Positions 57,868 through 64,000 of a stretch of 64,000 nt of DNA are shown piece after piece. Location of the stretch: NCBI GenBank assembly GCA_964357605.1, contig CAYHLX010000003.1, positions 1,579-65,578 on the forward strand, written 5' to 3'. The stretch comes from an uncultured Candidatus Saccharibacteria bacterium (lineage in GTDB: Bacteria > Patescibacteriota > Minisyncoccia > Phycocordibacterales > PALSA-1337). Made by a program: the position numbers and the translations under genes. Under the pieces are notes generated by a model that saw only the letters and a list, made by a program, of their open reading frames with translations, ran no database searches and was not told the origin of the DNA. Each line of letters begins with the position of its first letter. Position 1 is the first letter of the stretch.

Positions 57868-58033
57868 TTCTCTATTACTTTTCCACTCTTGTATTCAAAA
57901 ATGGTGGGCATATAATTAAGTCAGGTCACGGGAGTATTAACCCTATACCACATAATTTGGGATCTCGAGGTGTTTCGTGCCTTGGTACGGACATAGAGAA
58001 CCCACCTAGTTGTAACTAGGTTATAATACTCCG

Positions 58034-58480
58034 GTGACCAATCAAGAATATCTGCAACCATACGGTAGAGCAGGTATTTTTGTTTCTGATATAATTGATT
58101 CTATGAATAAAACATATATTCCGGCTATTCTAATTCTTGTTCTAGTTTTTGTCCTTCATTATTTCGGAATTCATTATTATCTCTATATTAGATTTACCGG
58201 ATATGACATCATGATGCATGTTTTGGGTGGAGTGGGACTTGGCTTGGCATTACATTGGTTTTTCAAGACTTTTTTTACAAACTTGAGTGCAAAGAAACAT
58301 TTCTGGTCTCTCTTGATTGGTATCATTATTCTCGGTCTACTGTGGGAAGTTATGGAAGGATATTATGATATCACCATTGCTCCAGTTGGTACTCTTTTGC
58401 ATTGGGTGGATACAGTGAAAGACATCATTAATGATACTATCGGAATGTTGGTGGCTTATCTTTTTGTTAAAGATAAATAA
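58034..58480 (+). CDS. Hypothetical polytopic membrane protein
   Basis: 3-4 predicted TM helices. No family recognised. Confidence 0.45.
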   Translation: MTNQEYLQPYGRAGIFVSDIIDSMNKTYIPAILILVLVFVLHYFGIHYYLYIRFTGYDIMMHVLGGVGLGLALHWFFKTFFTNLSAKKHFWSLLIGIIILGLLWEVMEGYYDITIAPVGTLLHWVDTVKDIINDTIGMLVAYLFVKDK

Positions 58481-59837
58481 CATGTCTGCCAAAATAACTT
58501 TTTGTAGTGGAATAGGAAGTGTCACTGGGGCAAACTTTCTTGTTGAGTTTAATTCTAGTCGCATTCTCGTAGACTGTGGTCTTATTCAAGGAGAAAAAGT
58601 GGCCATGAAAGAGAACCGTAATCCTTTTGGATATGAGCCAGCTTCGATTGAAATACTTTTTGTGACTCATGCCCATCTAGATCATGTAGGACGTATTCCC
58701 AAACTAGTAAAAGATGGTTTTAAAGGGGAAATATATTCTACTCCAGAGACTAGATCTCTCGCCGAACTTATCTTAGAAGATGCCGTTGGTTTGTTGGATA
58801 AGGAGGCAAGAGAAGAGGGAATTTTACCTCTATACGAGATGCAAGACATGAAAGAGGCCATGGCTCTCTGGAAAACTATTCCTTACCACACCGAAACTTC
58901 TTTCAAAGACTTTTCCCTGTATATCAAAGATGCAGGACATATTCTTGGCTCTTCTATTTTTCAATTCACTCACAAAGGAAAGAAAATAGTTTTCACAGGA
59001 GATTTGGGAAATACTCCGACACCACTTCTCCGAGATACGGAGTCTATAGAGGGTGCAGAATATGTGGTGATGGAGAGTGTTTATGGAGATCGCAATCATG
59101 AACCAAAGAGCGAACGATCAGAAAAATTGAAAAAAATAATAAAGGAGACCATCGCTAGAGGAGGGAGTTTGGTTATCCCGGCCTTTTCCCTGGAAAGAAC
59201 ACAGGTGATTATTTATGAAATCAATAAACTGGTTGAGTCTAAACAGATTCCATCCATTCCTGTTTATATCGATTCACCCTTGGCAACTAGAATCACTGAA
59301 GTATATAGAGAAAGCACCTATTTGTTCAATGAAAAAGCTCAAGAAGAAATAAAGGCAGGGGACGATCTTTTCAATTTTCCTCGCCTATCATTTACCGCTA
59401 GCACCCAAGAATCGCGGGAAATAGATCATTCCAAATTACCAAAAATCATCATTGCTGGTTCAGGCATGTCCGTTGGTGGTCGTGTTCGTCATCACGAAGA
59501 AATATATCTACCTGATCCAAAAAGTACTATCCTGCTGGTTGGCTATCAAACTATGGGTACGGTAGGGAGGCATCTCATAGAAGGAGCGAAAAAAGTTACG
59601 ATTGATAAAAAGGAAGTGCAGGTTAAAGCTCATATTGAGTCTATTCTAGGATTCTCTTCTCACAAAGATTCAGATCATCTAGTGGAATTTGTTTCTATGG
59701 CAGAAAAAACCCTGAAAAAAGTTTTTGTGGCCATGGGAGAGCCCAAATCTTCAGCTTTTCTAGCACAAAGGTTAAATAACGAATTAGGAATAAAGGCGGT
59801 CTGTCCAGAGAGAGGGGTGGGGTATGAGATAGAGTAA
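58431..59837 (+). CDS. MBL-fold beta-CASP ribonuclease (RNase J / CPSF-like). The start is probably Met at 58483.
   Basis: VDCGLIQG...THAHLDHVGRIP MBL motifs plus beta-CASP region. Confidence 0.75.
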   Translation: MILSECWWLIFLLKINNMSAKITFCSGIGSVTGANFLVEFNSSRILVDCGLIQGEKVAMKENRNPFGYEPASIEILFVTHAHLDHVGRIPKLVKDGFKGEIYSTPETRSLAELILEDAVGLLDKEAREEGILPLYEMQDMKEAMALWKTIPYHTETSFKDFSLYIKDAGHILGSSIFQFTHKGKKIVFTGDLGNTPTPLLRDTESIEGAEYVVMESVYGDRNHEPKSERSEKLKKIIKETIARGGSLVIPAFSLERTQVIIYEINKLVESKQIPSIPVYIDSPLATRITEVYRESTYLFNEKAQEEIKAGDDLFNFPRLSFTASTQESREIDHSKLPKIIIAGSGMSVGGRVRHHEEIYLPDPKSTILLVGYQTMGTVGRHLIEGAKKVTIDKKEVQVKAHIESILGFSSHKDSDHLVEFVSMAEKTLKKVFVAMGEPKSSAFLAQRLNNELGIKAVCPERGVGYEIE

Positions 59838-59842
59838 TTTTC

Positions 59843-60193
59843 TTACTTCACCTTCTCCACAATCTTCTTGAAAGCTTCTGGGTTGGTGTCCGCTAGAGTT
59901 GAAAGAATCTTTCGGTCAATAGCGATATTAGCTTTCTTGAGGTTTCCGATGAACTTGCTGTATGAATATTCTGGGTTGATTGCTCGGAGAGCGGCATTGA
60001 TCCGGACATTCCAAAGTCGGCGATAATCACCCTTCTTGTCTCGTCTGTGAGCAAAAGCATAAGCTCCGGCATGAGAGATCGCTTCATAAGCGGCTCGTTC
60101 GGTTTTTGATCGGCGAAAACGATAGCCTTTTACTTGCTTTAGGATATTTCTTCTAGTTTTGAGAGCATTAACTCCTTTCTTTACGCGTGCCAT
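59843..60193 (-). CDS. rplT: 50S ribosomal protein L20
   Basis: MARVKKGVNALKTRRNILK. Confidence 0.9.
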   Translation of the reverse strand: MARVKKGVNALKTRRNILKQVKGYRFRRSKTERAAYEAISHAGAYAFAHRRDKKGDYRRLWNVRINAALRAINPEYSYSKFIGNLKKANIAIDRKILSTLADTNPEAFKKIVEKVK

Positions 60194-60208
60194 GGTATTT
60201 ATGATTAA

Positions 60209-60397
60209 TTATGCATTTACTAAAAATCGGCTCTTTTCCTTGTTGGTCATATGGAAGGGAACCTTTGAATTTTTCTTTCTCAACTGTGAACGACGACTCT
60301 CTTTTGAGTTGAAATGGTTTTGACCAGTCGCTCTCGCCAGAATCTTTCCATTCTTGGTGACCTTGAGACGTTTTAAATATGATTTATTTGATTTCAT
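60209..60397 (-). CDS. rpmI: 50S ribosomal protein L35
   Basis: Small basic protein, L35-like. Position between infC and rplT. Confidence 0.75.
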   Translation of the reverse strand: MKSNKSYLKRLKVTKNGKILARATGQNHFNSKESRRSQLRKKNSKVPFHMTNKEKSRFLVNA

Positions 60398-60398
60398 T

Positions 60399-60911
60399 TT
60401 ATTTCTTTTCTATTATCGCGCTGAGACCCTTTAGACTCTTGGCTGGAGCACTAGCTACCTTGTAATCAGTGGTTATGAGTTTAAATACTCGATCCATTCT
60501 TTCCTTTAGGAAATTCTGGTCCATGTATTTTGACCTACCAATGAGGAAAAGGTCAATTTTTACACGATGTCCTTCTGTTAGCCACTCCGACGCTTTCTTG
60601 GCCTTGAGTTCTAAATCGTGCTCTCCAGTACCTATTTTGACCTGAATATTTTTCAAATCTGATGTCTGGGTCCGAGCCTTTGCCACTTTCTGCTTCTTCT
60701 TTTCGTCGTACTGAAATTTACCATAATCCATGATTTTTGCAACCGGAGGGACGGCGGTAGGTGATATTTCAATAAGATCAAGGTTCCTTTCCCGAGCTTC
60801 TTTGAAAGCTTGTTCAAGGCTTATAACCCCTAGGTTCTCACCACTATCGGTAATAACCCTTAATTGAGGGGATTTTATGAAGTTATTTATACGTACTCGT
60901 GCTGTGCTCAA
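60399..60911 (-). CDS. infC: Translation initiation factor IF-3
   Basis: INNFIKSPQLRVI...DLIEISP...AKIMDYGKFQY. Confidence 0.9.
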   Translation of the reverse strand: MSTARVRINNFIKSPQLRVITDSGENLGVISLEQAFKEARERNLDLIEISPTAVPPVAKIMDYGKFQYDEKKKQKVAKARTQTSDLKNIQVKIGTGEHDLELKAKKASEWLTEGHRVKIDLFLIGRSKYMDQNFLKERMDRVFKLITTDYKVASAPAKSLKGLSAIIEKK

Positions 60912-60929
60912 TGAGCCTTATTTATAGCA

Positions 60930-62012
60930 TTAAAGGAACTTTCTGACAAGCTTGATGAGGACTTCTGGAATTTTCTCAATAAATGACCTTTTTCTCCATT
61001 CTGTCAGTAGAATCTCTCTAGAATTCTGCATGTCATGGATGAAGTGAGACTCAACTTCTTCTGCAAACCGACCGTTGGTTGTGATGATGTTGGCTTCAAA
61101 GTTATATAAGAGACTTAGGCGGTCTAGGTTTAGAGTTCCAACGGTGGCCCAATCTCCATCTATAGAGGTAGTTTTACTATGCATATTGTTGTCTTGATAC
61201 AAGAAGATTCGTACACCCGATTTTAATAAAGTATCAAAATATGATTTTGCTCCAAAGTCCAAGGTCGGGTATTTGTCAGATTTTTCTGGTAACAAGAGTC
61301 TTACATCTACTCCTCGATGAGCGGCGAGCTTGATGACTCTCAAGAGTCTGTGTGTTGGGACAAAAAAAGGAGTTGAGATGTAGACAAATTTTTTAGCAGA
61401 TCGGATTGCGGCGACAAGCTCTGTGTAAATATGTCTACGACCTGGAGTGGGGTAGTTGGTAATGTATTTGAACTCTCGATCTCTAACAAACTGTCTCTTG
61501 GCTATATTTTTGTCTCCTTTAGCTCGTCCCCACATGCGATTGAAGGCATTAGACATCTCGCTGACTACTGGACCTTCTAGACGAAGGTTCGTATCTCTCC
61601 ACTTTACACTACTCTTTCTGATGCAGATGCTTCCTGTGTAACCGATTTTGTTATCTATGACTATCGTCCTACGGTGGTTGCGAAAGAACCAAGAGCGATA
61701 GTTTGGTACTTTGAAAAAACCAGGAATCAAAGTTTTCCAAAATACTAGTTCAATGCCTTTTTTTTGCAGATCTTCGGCAATAGTTGAACCAAAAAAGCTA
61801 AAACTTCCTGCTGCATCCCATAGAAAACGTACTTTTACTCCCGCCTTAGCTCGTTCACTACAAATATCTATGAGTTTATTTCCAAAATCATCTGCCACAA
61901 AGATAAATTGCTCCAGATCAATAGTTTTCTCTGCTTTCTTGCAGTCTTCTAAGAGGGAATCCCAAGCCTCCTCGTTTGTGGTGTATAGACAGAAAAATGT
62001 TTCGCTTATCAT
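60930..62012 (-). CDS. Phospholipase D / cardiolipin synthase-family protein. The C-terminal HKD motif is intact. The N-terminal motif is HxRxxxxD.
   Basis: NMHSKTTSIDGDWATVGTLNLD and NHRRTIVIDN. Confidence 0.7.
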   Translation of the reverse strand: MISETFFCLYTTNEEAWDSLLEDCKKAEKTIDLEQFIFVADDFGNKLIDICSERAKAGVKVRFLWDAAGSFSFFGSTIAEDLQKKGIELVFWKTLIPGFFKVPNYRSWFFRNHRRTIVIDNKIGYTGSICIRKSSVKWRDTNLRLEGPVVSEMSNAFNRMWGRAKGDKNIAKRQFVRDREFKYITNYPTPGRRHIYTELVAAIRSAKKFVYISTPFFVPTHRLLRVIKLAAHRGVDVRLLLPEKSDKYPTLDFGAKSYFDTLLKSGVRIFLYQDNNMHSKTTSIDGDWATVGTLNLDRLSLLYNFEANIITTNGRFAEEVESHFIHDMQNSREILLTEWRKRSFIEKIPEVLIKLVRKFL

Positions 62013-62031
62013 ATAGTGATAATCTATCCCT

Positions 62032-63606
62032 CTAAGCTTTTAAGGGTAAATCAATAGAAAACTTAGCTCCTTTTCCTAAACCATCTGATTCTACACTGAT
62101 TGTACCCCCGTGTCTTCTCATAATATCTTTTGATATAAAAAGTCCTATCCCCATACCTTCCGTGTCTATTTTTACACCATCCCCTCTGAAAAATTTAATG
62201 AAGATACGAGGCAGGTCTTTTTTTGATATCCCCACACCATTGTCTTTGACAGAAAAGATTAGTTTTTTATCATTAAGTTCGATAGATAATTTTATATTTC
62301 CTTCATCTGGTGTATAGGTAATAGCATTATCTATAATAGTTTCTATCACGAATTCTATCCTTTTTAGATCGACATTTACTGGTGGTAGGTTATTTCCAAA
62401 CTCAGTATCTATTGTTATTTTTTTAGCGTTAATTCTTATGTTCTTTTTATTAATAACTTTTTTGATTATTTCAGCAAGATTTTCTTCGGTTAATGCATAA
62501 CTTTTTTCATTTCCACCTATATTGGCAAGATTGACCAATGTATCTGTCAATCCAACTAAAACAGTATTTTCTTCCTCGATGTTGTCCAGTTCCTTTTTTT
62601 GTTCTTCATTTGTCGACAATGTTTTGAGCATTTCTACTGACCATTTGATATATGTGATGGGGGTACGGAATCTGTGCATTATGATATTTATAAACTCATC
62701 TTTTAAGATATCTGTTTCTCTGATTTTTTTCCATACGATAATTGCACTACTTACCGCGATTATTCCAGAAAGTCCTGGAAGGATCCATTTTGGGAAATTT
62801 GGAAAATTGGTGATAATTGTTTCGTTGGCACTACTTATAAGTACGATCAAGATTGCTACGATAGTTACTCCGATAGCATACCAAAAAGCTCTCTTTGCTA
62901 TGATATTAATATCAATTAACTTATATTCAACAATAGAATAAGCCATAGGAATGCTATAGAGTCCAAACAATGCTGATACCAAAGGATTTATTTCTATTCC
63001 ATACAATAGAAATAATGGCACACTGCCGATACCATAGGCTATCAGCATGGACACGATCAAATATTTTAGACGATTTCTCATATCAAAATCTCCTTTTTTG
63101 AAAGCGGAAAGCAAATGATAGAGGAAGTAGATCAATACTCCAAAAAAGAAGATATCACCAATAAAATAGTATTTTCCTTGTACAAAGAAATTCGTAAAAT
63201 ATAATTTTGGCTCAGATGGCAGGAGAAAAAGATCTGGAGATATGGCAAAAAAAATCACAAAACCAAGACCTAAAAGATAGATCAATCCCATGATCTTTTT
63301 CTGTACATGATATTTACCTGTAATTAGTAATGCGAAATGAGCATTCAAGATTACAATAAATAATGATGCAATGTTCCACATGAATGCTGCTCGTGATACT
63401 AGCGGGTCAGAGATATTGATTCCTATGACGTAGGATAATTCCCAGATAATTGTGGCTATCCCTAAAAGGAAAAATACTATATTTATTTGTTTTTTGTATC
63501 CTCTAGAAATTACTAGAATGATCAGACTTAAGGTAATTATTATGGAAATAATATGGCCTATATTGGTGATCAATAGTTGTGTGTTCATATCTACATCAGT
63601 ATACAC
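62032..63606 (-). CDS. Membrane sensor histidine kinase
   Basis: Multi-TM N-terminus. H-box HRFRTPIT. N/G boxes DNGVGISKKD...GMGIGL. Confidence 0.85.
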   Translation of the reverse strand: MYTDVDMNTQLLITNIGHIISIIITLSLIILVISRGYKKQINIVFFLLGIATIIWELSYVIGINISDPLVSRAAFMWNIASLFIVILNAHFALLITGKYHVQKKIMGLIYLLGLGFVIFFAISPDLFLLPSEPKLYFTNFFVQGKYYFIGDIFFFGVLIYFLYHLLSAFKKGDFDMRNRLKYLIVSMLIAYGIGSVPLFLLYGIEINPLVSALFGLYSIPMAYSIVEYKLIDINIIAKRAFWYAIGVTIVAILIVLISSANETIITNFPNFPKWILPGLSGIIAVSSAIIVWKKIRETDILKDEFINIIMHRFRTPITYIKWSVEMLKTLSTNEEQKKELDNIEEENTVLVGLTDTLVNLANIGGNEKSYALTEENLAEIIKKVINKKNIRINAKKITIDTEFGNNLPPVNVDLKRIEFVIETIIDNAITYTPDEGNIKLSIELNDKKLIFSVKDNGVGISKKDLPRIFIKFFRGDGVKIDTEGMGIGLFISKDIMRRHGGTISVESDGLGKGAKFSIDLPLKA

Positions 63607-63880
63607 TCACTTTACAGTAACTCGCAATTCACCTATGATGAGTTATATGCTTAGTATCAATACTCTAATTGAGCTTCTGGTGACTTTGATAATTGCCACT
63701 ATTCCTTTGGGTATTGTAGTTGGTGTCTGGTTTGGCTCCGAGGCTTCGGCTGAGGATAATCCTAAAAAGAAGAAAAAACTAATTTGGAAGATGGTTTGGA
63801 GTTTTGCAGCTCCATTTCTTACGCTGGTCGGTATCTTAATTATTTTAACGGTGTTGTATTTACTGATATAATATAAACAT

Positions 63881-64000
63881 ATGGATGAACTAACTGTTTG
63901 GGGGCTTACAATTGCCGCTTTTATATATATTTATTTTAAAGTTGGATCAGGCGGGGGAGGAAAACCCAAGGATGATAAGGGAGGGGACAAAGGAGGGAAG
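63881..64000 (+). CDS. Partial ORF running off the window end. Small hydrophobic, Gly/Lys-rich protein.
   Basis: MDELTVWGLTIAAFIYIYFKVGSGGGGKPKDDKGG... with no stop before the window end. Confidence 0.2.
   Translation, partial: MDELTVWGLTIAAFIYIYFKVGSGGGGKPKDDKGGDKGGK

Noticed and set aside
63452-63871. 139-aa plus-strand ORF
   Set aside because: It is antisense to, and fully overlapped by, the well-supported histidine kinase gene. It is a typical shadow ORF.
1-64000. CRISPR arrays or other regularly spaced direct-repeat arrays
   Set aside because: No series of 24-48-bp direct repeats with unique spacers was seen. The only repetitive stretches are the coding PT-linker and GGS-linker of the 992-aa protein and the coding ENRENKENKEK repeat.
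1-64000. UGA (or other stop-codon) reassignment as the explanation for the interrupted secY
   Set aside because: Ribosomal-protein and other conserved genes translate full length under the standard code, with TGA, TAA and TAG all used as terminators. The secY interruption is a TAA, which no known bacterial code reassigns.

Overview
This 64-kb window looks like a small-genome, low-GC (roughly 40% by eye) bacterium, and the gene content is consistent with a Patescibacteria/CPR-like lineage. The housekeeping backbone is dense. The second half holds a nearly complete str/S10/spc ribosomal-protein super-cluster: rpsL-rpsG-fusA, then tuf-rpsJ-rplC-rplD-rplW-rplB-rpsS-rplV-rpsC-rplP-rpmC-rpsQ-rplN-rplX-rplE, then rpsZ-rpsH-rplF-rplR-rpsE-rplO-secY-adk-map, with no rpmD (L30). 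Two further features of this cluster stand out: secY is interrupted by an in-frame TAA, and a 2-gene insertion sits between fusA and tuf. The insertion is a membrane-anchored protein plus a 992-aa Cys-motif/PT-linker surface protein preceded by a G9 homopolymer tract. Other core genes are HU, RNase Y, clpP, rsmE, trigger factor, H+-pyrophosphatase, nusA, recJ, rnhA, sodA, tpiA, pgk, infC-rpmI-rplT and ndk. A type IV pilus-like operon (pilB-pilC plus three prepilin-type proteins) is translationally coupled to tpiA-pgk. Against this backbone, several short segments have visibly higher GC (roughly 50-55% by eye) and look foreign. The first is a region of about 5 kb downstream of a tRNA-Gly(UCC). 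It carries two paralogous TrmB-type regulators flanking a beta-rich secreted protein, and a frameshifted DUF1874-like gene with similarity to STIV B116. The second is a single promoter-gene-terminator unit next to an atypical tRNA-like element. The third is a 610-aa putative GspS/ATP-grasp-like ligase, clustered with an Asp/Glu racemase and a DmpA-type (S58) aminopeptidase. The fourth is a 205-aa orphan with its own terminator abutting recJ. Other points: a solitary MazF-like toxin, a ComEC split into an N-terminal channel gene and a degenerate metallo-beta-lactamase (MBL) domain gene with sodA between them, and attenuator-like hairpins with a possible leader ORF in a 295-bp gap between rplE and rpsZ. 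No CRISPR array or obvious transposase was seen. All functional calls rest on motif recognition in the translated ORFs. No database search was possible.
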